From assembly GCF_009914755.1 (NCBI RefSeq), contig NC_060946.1: a stretch of DNA of 64,000 bases. The stretch is one strand, 5' to 3'. Position numbers and translations under genes: made by a program. The notes beneath the pieces were generated by a model that worked only from the letters and a program-made list of their open reading frames with translations, was not told the DNA's origin and did no database searches. The stretch comes from the human T2T-CHM13v2.0 reference genome, Homo sapiens. Below are positions 39,001-53,300 of this stretch, piece after piece; positions within the stretch are counted from its first letter, which is position 1; each line of letters starts with the position of its first letter.

Positions 39001-40990
39001 TTTTATTTGAAGATATTTCCTTTCTCACCATAGACCTGAAAGCTGTCCTAATGTTCACTTCCAGATACTACAGAAAGAGTGTTTCAAAACTGCTGTACGA
39101 AAGGGAATGTTCAACTCTGTGACTTGAATGCACACATCACAAAGAAGTTTCTGAGGATGCTGCTGTCTACTTTTTATACATAATCCCGTTTCCAACGAAA
39201 TCCTCCAATCTATCCAAATATCCACTTGCAGATTCCACAGAAAGACTGTTTCAAATCTGCTCTGTCAATAGAAAGATTCAACTCTGTTAGCTGCGTGCAT
39301 ATATCCCAAAGAAGATTCTGAGATTGCTTCTGTCTAGTTTTTATGGGAAGATATTTCCCTTTTCACCGTAGGCGTCAAGGCGCTCCAAATGTCCACTTCC
39401 AGATACTACAAAAAGAGTGTTTCAAACCTACTCTGTGAAAGGGAATATTCAACTCTGTGACTTGAATGCACATATCACAAAGAAGTTTCTGAGAATGCTT
39501 CTGTCGAGATTTTATATGAAGATATTCCCGTTTCCAACGGAATCCTGAAATCTATCCAAATATCCCCTCGCAGATTCTACAAAAAGAGTGTTTCAAAACT
39601 GCTCTGTAAAAAGAAAGGTTCAACTCTGTTAGTTGAGTACACACATCACAAACAAGTTTCACAGAATGCTTCTTTCTAGCTTGTAGGGGAAGATATTCCC
39701 TTTATCACCAAGGGCCTCAAACCGTCCGAAACGTCCACTTCCATATACTACAAAAAGAGCGTTTCAAACCTGCTCTAGGAAAGGCAATGTTCAACTCTGT
39801 GACTTGAATGCAGACATCACAGAGCAGTTTCTGAGAATGCTTCTGTCTAGATTTTATAGGAAGATATTCCCGTTTCCAACGAAATCTTCACAGCTATCCA
39901 AATATCCACTTGCAGATTCTACAAAAAGAGTGTATCAAAACTGCTCTGTCAAAAGGAAGGTTCTTCTCTGTTAGGTGAGTGCATACGTCATAAAGGAGTT
40001 TCTGAGAATGTTTCAGTCTAGTGGTTATGGGAAGATATTTGCTTTTTCACTGCAGGCCTCACAGCGCTCCAAATATCCACTTGCACATACTACAAAAAGA
40101 GTGCTTCAAAGCTGCTCTCTGAAACGGAATGTTCAACTCTATGAGTTGAATGCAAACATCACAAAGACGTTTCCGAGAATGCTTCTGTCTAGATTTGATA
40201 TGAAGATATTCCCGTTTCCAACGAAATCTTCAAATCTATCCAAATGTCCACTTGCAGATTCAACAAAAAGTGTTTTTCCGAACTGCTCTATCAACAGAAA
40301 GATCCGCCTCTGTTAGCTGAGTTCACACATCACAAACAAGTTTATGAGAATGCTTCTGTCTAGTTTTTATTTGAAGATATTTCCTTTCTCACCATAGACC
40401 TGAAAGCTGTCCTAATGTTCACTTCCAGATACTACAGAAAGAGTGTTTCAAAACTGCTGTACGAAAGGGAATGTTCAACTCTGTGACTTGAATGCACACA
40501 TCACAAAGAAGTTTCTGAGGATGCTGCTGTCTACTTTTTATACGTAATCCCGTTTCCAACGAAATCCTCCAAGCTATCCAAATATCCACTTGCAGATTCC
40601 ACAGAAAGACTGTTTCAAAACTGCTCTGTCAATAGAAAGGTTCAACTCTGTTAACTGCGTGCATATATCCCAAAGAAGATTCTGAGATTGCTTCTGTCTA
40701 GTTTTTATGGGAAGATATTTCCCTTTTCACCGTAGGCGTCAAGGCGCTCCAAATGTCCACTTCCAGATACTACAAAAAGAGTGTTTCAAACCTACTCTGT
40801 GAAAGGGAATATTCAACTCTGTGACTTGAATGCACATATCACAAAGAAGTTTCTGAGAATGCTTCTGTCGAGATTTTATATGAAGATATTCCCGTTTCCA
40901 ACGAAATCCTGAAATCTCTCCAAATATCCCCTCGCAGATTCTACAAAAAGAGTGTTTCAAAACTGCTCTGTAAAAAGAAAGGTTCAACTC
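33100..40990. repeat. 2728-bp super-repeat (two distinct 8-mers), ~3 tandem copies
   Basis: Alternating unit types at 33281/36009/38737 and 34645/37373/40101; markers accaagggcc, aacggaatc, tttcagtcta, tcaacagaa and caccttagg recur at +2728. Confidence 0.92.
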
Positions 40991-42828
40991 TGTTACTTGA
41001 GTACACACATCACAAACAAGTTTCACAGAATGCTTCTTTCTAGCTTGTAGGGGAAGATATTCCCTTTATCACCATGGGCCTCAAACCGTCCGAAACGTCC
41101 ACTTCCATATACTACAAAAAGAGCGTTTCAAACCTGCTCTATGAAAGGCAATGTTCAACTCTGTGACTTGAATGCAGACATCACAGAGCAGTTTCTGAGA
41201 ATGCTTCTGTCTAGATTTTATAGGAAGATATTCCCGTTTCCAACGAAATCTTCACAGCTATCCCAATATCCACTTGCAGATTCTACAAAAAGAGTGTATC
41301 AAAACTGCTCTGTCAAAAGGAAGGTTCTTCTCTGTTAGGTGAGTGCATACGTCATAAAGGAGTTTCTGAGAATGTTTCTGTCTAGTGGTTATGGGAAGAT
41401 ATTTGCTTTTTCACCGAAGGCCTCAGAGCGCTCCAGATATCCACTTGCACATACTACAAAATGAGTGCCTCAAAGCTGCTCTCTGAAACGGAATGTTCAA
41501 CTCTATGAGTTGAATGCAAACATCACAAAGACGTTTCCGAGAATGCTTCTGTCTAGATTTGATATGAAGATATTCCCGTTTCCAACGAAATCTACAAATC
41601 TATCCAAATGTCCACTTGCAGATTCAACAAAAAGTGTTTTTCAGAACTGCTCTATCAAAAGAAAGGTCCACCTCTGTTAGCTGAGTTCACACATCACAAA
41701 CAAGTTTATGAGAATGCTTCTGTCTAGTTTTTATTTGAAGATATTTCCTTTCTCACCATAGAGCTGAAAGCTGTCTTAGTGTTCACTTCCAGATACTACA
41801 GAAAGAGTGTTTCAAAACTGCTGTACGAAAGGGAATGTTCAACTCTGTGACTTGAATGCACACATCACAAAGAAGTTTCTGAGGATGCTGCTGTCTACTT
41901 TTTATATGTAATCCCGTTTCCAACGAAATCCTCCAAGCTATCCAAATATCCACTTGCAGATTCCACAGAAAGACTGTTTCAAAACTGCTCTGTCAATAGA
42001 AAGGTTCAACTCTGTTAACTGCGTGCATATATCCCAAAGAAGATTCTGAGATTGCTTCTGTCTAGTTTTTATGGGAAGATATTTCCCTTTCCACCGTAGG
42101 CGTCAAGGCGCTCCAAATGTCCACTTCCAGATACTACAAAAAGAGTGTTTCAAACCTACTCTGTGAAAGGGAATATTCAACTCTGTGACTTGAATGCACA
42201 TATCACAAAGAAGTTTCTGAGAATTCTTCTGTCGAGATTTTATATGAAGATATTCCCGTTTCCAACGAAATCCTGAAATCTATCCAAATATCCCCTCGCA
42301 GATTCTACAAAAAGAGTGTTTCAAAACTGCTCTGTAAAAAGAAAGGTTCAACTCTGTTACTTGAGTACACACATCACAAACAAGTTTCACAGAATGCTTC
42401 TTTCTAGCTTGTAGGGGAAGATATTCCCTTTATCACCATGGGCCTCAAACCGTCCGAAACATCCACTTCCATATACTACAAAAAGAGCGTTTCAAACCTG
42501 CTCTATGAAAGGCAATGTTCAACTCTGCGACTTGAATGCAGACATCACAGAGCAGTTTCTGAGAATGCTTCTGTCTAGATTTTATAGGAAGATATTCCCG
42601 TTTCCAACGAAACCTTCACAGCTATCCAAATATCCACTTGCAGATTCTACAAAAAGAGTGTATCAAAACTGCTCTGTCAAAAGGAAGGTTCTTCTCTGTT
42701 AGGTGAGTGCATACGTCATACAGGAGTTTCTGAGAATGTTTCTGACTAGTGGTTATGGGAAGATATTTGCTTTTTCACCGTAGGCCTCAGAGCGCTCCAA
42801 ATATCCCCTTGCACATACTACAAAAAGA

Positions 42829-44363
42829 GTGCCTCAAAGCTGCTCTCTGAAACGGAATGTTCAACTCTATGAGTTGAATGCAAACATCACAAAGACGTTT
42901 CTGAGAATGCTTCTGTCTAGATTTGATATGAAGATATGCCCGTTTCCAACGAAATCTTCAAATCTATCCAAATATCCACTTGCAGATTCAACAAAAAGTG
43001 TTTTTCAGAACTGCTCTATCAAAAGAAAGATCCACCTCTGTTAGCTGAGTTCACACATCAGAAACAAGTTTATGAGAATGCTTCTGTCTAGTTTTTATTT
43101 GAAGATATTTCCTTTCTCACCATAGACCTGAAAGCTGTCCTAATGTTCACTTCCAGATACTACAGAAAGAGTGTTTCAAAACTGCTGTACGAAAGGGAAT
43201 GTTCAACTCTGTGACTTGAATGCACACATCACAAAGAAGTTTCTGAGGATGCTGCTGTCTACTTTTTATACGTAATCCCGTTTCCAACGAAATCCTCCAA
43301 GCTATCCAAATATCCACTTGCAGATTCCACAGAAAGACTGTTTCAAAACTGCTCTGTCAATAGAAAGGTTCAACTCTGTTAGCTGCGTGCATATATCCCA
43401 AAGAAGATTCTGAGATTGCTTCTGTCTAGTTTTTATGGGAAGATATTTCCCTTTTCACCGTAGGCGTCAAGGCGCTCCAAATGTCCACTTCCAGATACTA
43501 CAAAAAGAGTGTTTCAAACCTACTCTGTGAAAGGGAATATTCAACTCTGTGACTTGAATGCAGATATCACAAAGAAGTTTCTGACAATGCTTCCGTCGAG
43601 ATTTTATATGAAGATATTCCCGTTTCCAACGAAATCCTGAAATCTATCCAAATATCCCCTCGCAGATTCTACAAAAAGAGTGTTTCAAACCTACTCTGTG
43701 AAAGGGAATATTCAACTCTGTGACTTGAATGCACATATCACAAAGAAGTTTCTGAGAATGCTTCTGTCGAGATTTTATATGAAGATATTCCCGTTTCCAA
43801 CGAAATCCTGAAATCTATCCAAATATCCCCTCGCAGATTCTACAAAAAGAGTGTTTCAAAACTGCTCTGTAAAAAGAAAGGTTCAACTCTGTTAGTTGAG
43901 TACACACATCACAAACAAGTTTCACAGAATGCTTCTTTCTAGCTTGTAGGGTAAGATATTCCCTTTATCACCATGGGCCTCCAACCGTCCGAAACATCCA
44001 CTTCCATATACTACAAAAAGAGCGTTTCAAACCTGCTCTATGAAAGGCAATGTTCATCTCTGTGACTTGAATGCAGACATCACAGAGCAGTTTCTGAGAA
44101 TGCTTCTGTCTAGATTTTATAGGAAGATATTCCCGTTTCCAACGAAATCTTCACAGCTATCCAAATATCCACTTGCAGATTCTACAAAAAGAGTGTATCA
44201 AAACTGCTCTGTCAAAAGGAAGGTTCTTCTCTGTTAGGTGAGTGCATACGTCATAAAGGAGTTTCTGAGAATGTTTCCGTCTAGTGGTTATGGGAAGATA
44301 TTTGCTTTTTCACCGAAGGCCTCAGAGCGCTCCAAATATCCACTTGCACATACTACAAAATGA
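42829..44363 (-). repeat. 9-mer HOR structural variant (1535 bp; one-monomer duplication)
   Basis: Anchor spacing 1535 = 1364 + 171; 43519..43689 is repeated at 43690..43860. Confidence 0.95.
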
Positions 44364-47300
44364 GTGCCTCAAAGCTGCTCTCTGAAACGGAATGTTCAAC
44401 TCTATGAGTTGAATGCAAACATCACAAAGACGTTTCCGAGAATGCTTCTGCCTAGATTTGATATGAAGATATTCCCGTTTCCAACGAAATCTTCAAATCT
44501 ATCCAAATGTCCACTTGCAGATTCAACAAAAAGTGTTTTTCAGAACTGCTCTATCAAAAGAAAGATCCATCTCTGTTAGCTGAGTTCACACATCACAAAC
44601 AAGTTTATGAGAATGCTTCTGTCTAGTTTTTATTTGAAGATATTTCCTTTCTCACCATAGAGCTGAAAGCTGTCCTAATGTTCACTTCCAGATACTACAG
44701 AAAGAGTGTTTCAAAACTGCTGTACGAAAGGGAATGTTCAACTCTGTGACTTGAATGCACACATCACAAAGAAGTTTCTGAGGATGCTGCTGTCTACTTT
44801 TTATACGTAATCCCGTTTCCAACGAAATCCTCCAAGCTATCCAAATATCCACTTGCAGATTCCACAGAAAGACTGTTTCAAAACTGCTCTGTCAATAGAA
44901 AGGTTCAACTCTGTTAACTGCGTGCATATATCCCAAAGAAGATTCTGAGATTGCTTCTGTCTAGTTTTTATGGGAAGATATTTCCCTTTTCACCGTAGGC
45001 GTCAAGGCGCTCCAAATGTCCACTTCCAGATACTACAAAAAGAGTGTTTCAAACCTACTCTGTGAAAGGGAATATTCAACTCTGTGACTTGAATGCACAT
45101 ATCACAAAGAAGTTTCTGAGAATGCTTCTGTCGAGATTTTATATGAAGATATTCCCGTTTCCAACGAAATCCTGAAATCTCTCCAAATATCCCCTCGCAG
45201 ATTCTACAAAAAGAGTGTTTCAAAACTGCTCTGTAAAAAGAAAGGTTCAACTCTGTTAGTTGAGTACACACATCACAAACAAGTTTCACAGAATGCTTCT
45301 TTCTAGCTTGTAGGGGAAGATATTCCCTTTATCACCATGGGCCTCCAACCGTCCGAAACATCCACTTCCATATACTACAAAAAGAGCGTTTCAAACCTGC
45401 TCTATGAAAGGCAATGTTCAACTCTGTGACTTGAATGCAGACATCACAGAGCAGTTTCTGAGAATGCTTCTGTCTAGATTTTATAGGAAGATATTCCCGT
45501 TTCCAACGAAATCTTCACAGCTATCCCAATATCCACTTGCAGATTCTACAAAAAGACTGTATCAAAACTGCTCTGTCAAAAGGAAGGTTCTTCTCTGTTA
45601 GGTGAGTGCATACGTCATAAAGGAGTTTCTGAGAATGTTTCTGTCTAGTGGTTATGGGAAGATATTTGCTTTTTCACCGAAGGCCTCAGAGCGCTCCAAA
45701 TATCCACTTGCACATACTACAAAAAGAGTGCCTCAAAGCTGCTCTCTGAAACGGAATGTTCAACTCTATGAGTTGAATGCAAACATCGCAAAGACGTTTC
45801 TGAGAATGCTTCTGTCTAGATTTGATATGAAGATATTCCCGTTTCCAACGAAATCTTCAAATCCATCCAAATGTCCACTTGCAGATTCAACAAAAAGTGT
45901 TTTTCAGAACTGCTCTATCAAAAGAAAGATCCACCTCTGTTAGCTGAGTTCACACATCACAAACAAGTTTATGAGAATGCTTCTGTCCAGTTTTTATTTG
46001 AAGATATTTCCTTTCTCACCATAGAGCTGAAAGCTGTCCTAATGTTCACTTCCAGATACTACAGAAAGAGTGTTTCAAAACTGCTGTACGAAAGGGAATG
46101 TTCAACTCTGTGACTTGAATGCACACATCACAAAGAAGTTTCTGAGGATGCTGCTGTCTTCTTTTTATACGTAATCCCGTTTCCAACGAAATCCTCCAAG
46201 CTATCCAAATATCCAATTGCAGATTCCACAGAAAGACTGTTTCAAAACTGCTCTGTCAATAGAAAGGTTCAACTCTGTTAGCTGCGTGCATATATCCCAA
46301 AGAAGATTCTGAGATTGCTTCTGTCTAGTTTTTATGGGAAGATATTTCCCTTTTCACCGTAGGCGTCAAGGCGCTCCAAATGTCCACTTCCAGATACTAC
46401 AAAAAGAGTGTTTCAAACCTACTCTGTGAAAGGGAATATTCAACTCTGTGACTTGAATGCACATATCACAAAGAAGTTTCTGAGAATGCTTCTGTCGAGA
46501 TTTTATATGAAGATATTCCCGTTTCCAACGAAATCCTGAAATCTCTCCAAATATCCCCTCGCAGATTCTACAAAAAGAGTGTTTCAAAACTGCTCTGTAA
46601 AAAGAAAGGTTCAACTCTGTTAGTTGAGTACACACATCACAAACAAGTTTCACAGAATGCTTCTTTCTAGCTTGTAGGGGAAGATATTCCCTTTATCACC
46701 ATGGGCCTCAAACCGTCCGAAACGTCCACTTACATATACTACAAAAAGAGCGTTTCAAACCTGCTCTAGGAAAGGCAATGTTCAACTCTGTGACTTGAAT
46801 GCAGACATCACAGAGCAGTTTCTGAGAATGCTTCTGTCTAGATTTTATAGGAAGATATTCCCGTTTCCAACGAAATCTTCACATCTATCCAAATATCCAC
46901 TTGCAGATTCTACAAAAAGAGTGTATCAAAACTGCTCTGTCAAAAGGAAGGTTCTTCTCTGTTAGGTGAGTGCATACGTCATAAAGGAGTTTCTGAGAAT
47001 GTTTCTGTCTAGTGGTTATGGGAAGATATTTGCTTTTTCACCGTAGGCCTCAGAGCGCTCCAAATATCCACTTGCACATACTACAAAAAGAGTGCCTCAA
47101 AGCTGCTCTCTGAAACGGAATGTTCAACTCTATGAGTTGAATGCAAACATCACAAAGACGTTTCTGAGAATGCTTCTGTCTAGATTTGATATGAAGATAT
47201 TCCCGTTTCCAACGAAATCTTCAAATCTATCCAAATGTCCACTTGCAGATTCAACAAAAAGTGTTTTTCAGAACTGCTCTATCAAAAGAAAGATCCACCT

Positions 47301-50300
47301 CTGTTAGCTGAGTTCACACATCACAAACAAGTTTATGAGAATGCTTCTGTCTAGTTTTTATTTGAAGATATTTCCTTTCTCACCATAGACCTGAAAGCTG
47401 TCCTAATGTTCACTTCCAGATACTACAGAAAGAGTGTTTCAACACTGCTGTACGAAAGGGAATGTTCAACTCTGTGACTTGAATGCACACATCACAAAGA
47501 AGTTTCTGAGGATGCTGCTGTCTACTTTTTATACGTAATCCCGTTTCCAACGAAATCCTCCAAGCTATCCAAATATCCACTTGCAGATTCCACAGAAAGA
47601 CTGTTTCAAAACTGCTCTGTCAATAGAAAGGTTCAACTCTGTTAGCTGCGTGCATATATCCCAAAGAAGATTCTGAGATTGCTTCTGTCTAGTTTTTATG
47701 GGAAGATATTTCCCTTTTCACCGTAGGCGTCAAGGCGCTCCAAATGTCCACTTCCAGATACTACAAAAAGAGTGTTTCAAACCTACTCTGTGAAAGGGAA
47801 TATTCAACTCTGTGACTTGAATGCAGATATCACAAAGAAGTTTCTGAGAATGCTTCTGTCGAGATTTTATATGAAGATATTCCCGTTTCCAACGAAATCC
47901 TGAAATCTATCCAAATATCCCCTCGCAGATTCTACAAAAAGAGTGTTTCAAAACTGCTCTGTAAAAAGAAAGGTTCAACTCTGTTACTTCAGTACACACA
48001 TCACAAACAAGTTTCACAGAATGCTTCTTTCTAGCTTGTAGGGGAAGATATTCCCTTTATCACCATGGGCCTCAAACCGTCCGAAACGTCCACTTCCATA
48101 TACTACAAAAAGAGCGTTTCAAACCTGCTCTAGGAAAGGCAATGTTCAACTCTGTGACTTGAATGCAGACATCACAGAGCAGTTTCTGAGAATGCTTCTG
48201 TCTAGATTTTATAGGAAGATATTCCCGTTTCCAACGAAATCTTCACAGCTATCCCAATATCCACTTGCAGATTCTACAAAAAGAGTGTATCAAAACTGCT
48301 CTGTCAAAAGGAAGGTTCTTCTCTGTTAGGTGAGTGCATACGTCATAAAGGAGTTTCTGAGAATGATTCTGTCTAGTGGTTATGGGAAGATATTTGCTTT
48401 TTCACCGAAGGCCTCAGAGCGCTCCAAATATCCACTTGCACATACTACAAAAAGAGTGCCTCAAAGCTGCTCCCTGAAACGGAATGTTCAACTCTATGAG
48501 TTGAATGCAAACATCACAAAGACGTTTCTGAGAATGCTTCTGTCTAGATTTGATATGAAGATATTCCCGTTTCCAACGAAATCTTCAAATCTGTCCAAAT
48601 GTCCACTTGCAGATTCAACAAAAAGTGTTTTTCAGAACTGCTCTATCAAAAGAAAGATCCACCTCTGTTAGCTGAGTTCACACATCACAAACAAGTTTAT
48701 GAGAATGCTTCTGTCTAGTTTTTATTTGAAGATATTTCCTTTCTCACCATAGACCTGAAAGCTGTCCTAATGTTCACTTCCAGATACTACAGAAAGAGTG
48801 TTTCAACACTGCTGTACGAAAGGGAATGTTCAACTCTGTGACTTGAATGCACACATCACAAAGTAGTTTCTGAGGATGCTGCTGTCTACTTTTTATACGT
48901 AATCCCGTTTCCAACGAAATCCTCCAAGCTATCCAAATATCCACTTGCAGATTCCACAGAAAGACTGTTTCAAAACTGCTCTGTCAATAGAAAGGTTCAA
49001 CTCTGTTAGCTGCGTGCATATATCCCAAAGAAGATTCTGAGATTGCTTCTGTCTAGTTTTTATGGGAAGATATTTCCCTTTTCACCGTAGGCGTCAAGGC
49101 GCTCCAAATGTCCACTTCCAGATACTACAAAAAGAGTGTTTCAAACCTACTCTGTGAAAGGGAATATTCAACTCTGTGACTTGAATGCAGATATCACAAA
49201 GAAGTTTCTGAGAATGCTTCTGTCGAGATTTTATATGAAGATATTCCCGTTTCCAACGAAATCCTGAAATCTATCCAAATATCCCCTCGCAGATTCTACA
49301 AAAAGAGTGTTTCAAAACTGCTCTGTAAAAAGAAAGGTTCAACTCTGTTACTTCAGTACACACATCACAAACAAGTTTCACAGAATGCTTCTTTCTAGCT
49401 TGTAGGGGAAGATATTCCCTTTATCACCATGGGCCTCAAACCGTCCGAAACGTCCACTTCCATATACTACAAAAAGAGCGTTTCAAACCTGCTCTAGGAA
49501 AGCCAATGTTCAACTCTGTGACTTGAATGCAGACATCACAGAGCAGTTTCTGAGAATGCTTCTGTCTAGATTTTATAGGAAGATATTCCCGTTTCCAACG
49601 AAATCTTCACAGCTATCCCAATATCCACTTGCAGATTCTACAAAAAGAGTGTATCAAAACTGCTCTGTCAAAAGGAAGGTTCTTCTCTGTTAGGTGAGTG
49701 CATACGTCATAAAGGAGTTTCTGAGAATTATTCTGTCTAGTGGTTATGGGAAGATATTTGCTTTTTCACCGAAGGCCTCAGAGCGCTCCAAATATCCACT
49801 TGCACATACTACAAAATGAGTGCCTCAAAGCTGCTCTCTGATACGGAATGTTCAACTCTATGAGTTGAATGCAAACATCACAAAGACGTTTCTGAGAATG
49901 CTTCTGCCTAGATTTGATATGAAGATATTCCCGTTTCCATCGAAATCTTCAAATCTATCCAAATGTCCACTTGCAGATTCAACAAAAAGTGTTTTTCAGA
50001 ACTGCTCTATCAAAAGAAAGATCCATCTCTGTTAGCTGAGTTCACACATCACAAACAAGTTTATGAGAATGCTTCTGTCTAGTTTTTATTTGAAGATATT
50101 TCCTTTCTCACCATAGAGCTGAAATCTGTCCTAATGTTCACTTCCAGATACTACAGAAAGAGTGTTTCAAAACTGCTGTACGAAAGGGAATGTTCAACTC
50201 TGTGACTTGAATGCACACATCACAAAGAAGTTTCTGAGGATGCTGCTGTCTACTTTTTATACGTAATCCCGTTTCCAACGAAATCCTCCAAGCTATCCAA

Positions 50301-53300
50301 ATATCCACTTGCAGATTCCACAGAAAGACTGTTTCAAAACTGCTCTGTCAATAGAAAGGTTCAACTCTGTTAACTGCGTGCATATATCCCAAAGAAGATT
50401 CTGAGATTGCTTCTGTCTAGTTTTTATGGGAAGATATTTCCCTTTTCACCGTAGGCGTCAAGGCGCTCCAAATGTCCACTTCCAGATACTACAAAAAGAG
50501 TGTTTCAAACCTACTCTGTGAAAGGGAATATTCAACTCTGTGACTTGAATGCACATATCACAAAGAAGTTTCTGAGAATTCTTCTGTCGAGATTTTATAT
50601 GAAGATATTCCCGTTTCCAACGAAATCCTGAAATCTATCCAAATATCCCCTCGCAGATTCTACAAAAAGAGTGTTTCAAAACTGCTCTGTAAAAAGAAAG
50701 GTTCAACTCTGTTAGTTGAGTACACACATCACAAACAAGTTTCACAGAATGCTTCTTTCTAGCTTGTAGGGGAAGATATTCCCTTTATCACCATGGGCCT
50801 CAAACCGTCCGAAACGTCCACTTCCATATACTACAAAAAGAGCGTTTCAAACCTGCTCTATGAAAGGCAATGTTCAACTCTGTGACTTGAATGCAGACAT
50901 CACAGAGCAGTTTCTGAGAATGCTTCTGTCTAGATTTTATAGGAAGATATTACCGTTTCCAACGAAATCTTCACAGCTATCCCAATATCCACTTGCAGAT
51001 TCTACAAAAAGAGTGTATCAAAACTGCTCTGTCAAAAGGAAGGTTCTTCTCTGTTAGGTGAGTGCATACGTCATAAAGGAGTTTCTGAGAATGTTTCTGT
51101 CTAGTGGTTATGGGAAGATATTTGCTTTTTCACCGAAGGCCTCAGAGCGCTCCAAATATCCACTTGCACATACTACAAAATGAGTGCCTCAAAGCTGCTC
51201 TCTGAAACGGAATGTTCAATTCTATGAGTTGAATGCAAACATCACAAAGACGTTTCCGAGAATGCTTCTGTCTAGATTTGATATGAAGATATTCCCGTTT
51301 CCAACGAAATCTTCAAATCTATCCAAATGTCCACTTGCAGATTCAACAAAAAGTGTTTTTCAGAACCGCTCTATCAAAAGAAAGATCCATCTCTGTTAGC
51401 TGAGTTCACACATCACAAACAAGTTTATGAGAATGCTTCTGTCTAGTTTTTATTTGAAGATATTTCCTTTCTCACCATAGACCTGAAAGCTGTCCTAATG
51501 TTCACTTCCAGATACTACAGAAAGAGTGTTTCAAAACTGCTGTACGAAAGGGAATGTTCAACTCTGTGACTTGAATGCACACATCACAAAGAAGTTTCTG
51601 AGGATGCTGCTGTCTACTTTTTATACGTAATCCCGTTTCCAACGAAATCCTCCAAGCTATCAAAATATCCACTTGCAGATTCCACAGAAAGACTGTTTCA
51701 AAACTGCTCTGTCAATAGAAAGGTTCAACTCTGTTAACTGCGTGCATATATCCCAAAGAAGATTCTGAGATTGCTTCTGTCTAGTTTTTATGGGAAGATA
51801 TTTCCCTTTTCACCGTAGGCGTCAAGGCGCTCCAAATGTCCACTTCCAGATACTACAAAAAGAGTGTTTCAAACCTACTCTGTGAAAGGGAATATTCAAC
51901 TCTGTGACTTGAATGCACATATCACAAAGAAGTTTCTGAGAATGCTTCTGTCGAGATTTTATATGAAGATATTCCCGTTTCCAACGAAATCCTGAAATCT
52001 ATCCAAATATCCCCTCGCAGATTCTACAAAAAGAGTGTTTCAAAACTGCTCTGTAAAAAGAAAGGTTCAACTCTGTTAGTTGAGTACACACATCACAAAC
52101 AAGTTTCACAGAATGCTTCTTTCTAGCTTGTAGGGGAAGATATTCCCTTTATCACCATGGGCCTCCAACCGTCCGAAACATCCACTTCCATATACTACAA
52201 AAAGAGCGTTTCAAACCTGCTCTATGAAAGGCAATGTTCAACTCTGTGATTTGAATGCAGACATCACAGAGCAGTTTCTGAGAATGCTTCTGTCTAGATT
52301 TTATAGGAAGATATTCCCGTTTCCAACGAAATCTTCACAGCTATCCAAATATCCACTTGCAGATTCTACAAAAAGAGTGTATCAAAACTGCTCTGTCAAA
52401 AGGAAGGTTCTTCTCTGTTAGGTGAGTGCATACGTCATAAAGGAGTTTCTGAGAATGTTTCTGTCTAGTGGTTATGGGAAGATATTTGCTTTTTCACCGT
52501 AGGCCTCAGAGCGCTCCAAATATCCACTTGCACATACTACAAAAAGTGTGCCTCAAAGCTGCTCTCTGAAACGGAATGTTCAAATCTATGAGTTGAATGC
52601 AAACATCACAAAGACGTTTCTGAGAATGCTTCTGTCAAAATTTGATATGAAGATATTCCCGTTTCCAACGAAATCTTCAAATCTATCCAAATGTCCACTT
52701 GCAGATTCAACAAAAAGTGTTTTTCAGAACTGCTCTATCAAAAGAAAGATCCACCTCTGTTAGCTGAGTTCACACATCACAAACAAGTTTATGAGAATGC
52801 TTCTGTCTAGTTTTTATTTGAAGATATTTCCTTTCTCACCATAGAGCTGAAAGCTGTCCTAATGTTCACTTCCAGATACTACAGAAAGAGTGTTTCAAAA
52901 CTGCTGTACGAAAGGGAATGTTCAACTCTGTGACTTGAATGCACACATCACAAAGAAGTTTCTGAGGATGCTGCTGTCTACTTTTTATACGTAATCCCGT
53001 TTCCAACGAAATCCTCCAAGCTATCCAAATATCCATTTGCAGATTCCACAGAAAGACTGTTTCAAAACTGCTCTGTCAATAGAAAGGTTCAACTCTGTTA
53101 GCTGCGTGCATATATCCCAAAGAAGATTCTGAGATTGCTTCTGTCTAGTTTTTATGGGAAGATATTTCCCTTTTCACCGTAGGCGTCAAGGCGCTCCAAA
53201 TGTCCACTTCCAGATACTACAAAAAGAGTGTTTCAAACCTACTCTGTGAAAGGGAATATTCATCTCTGTGACTTGAATGCACATATCACAAAGAAGTTTC

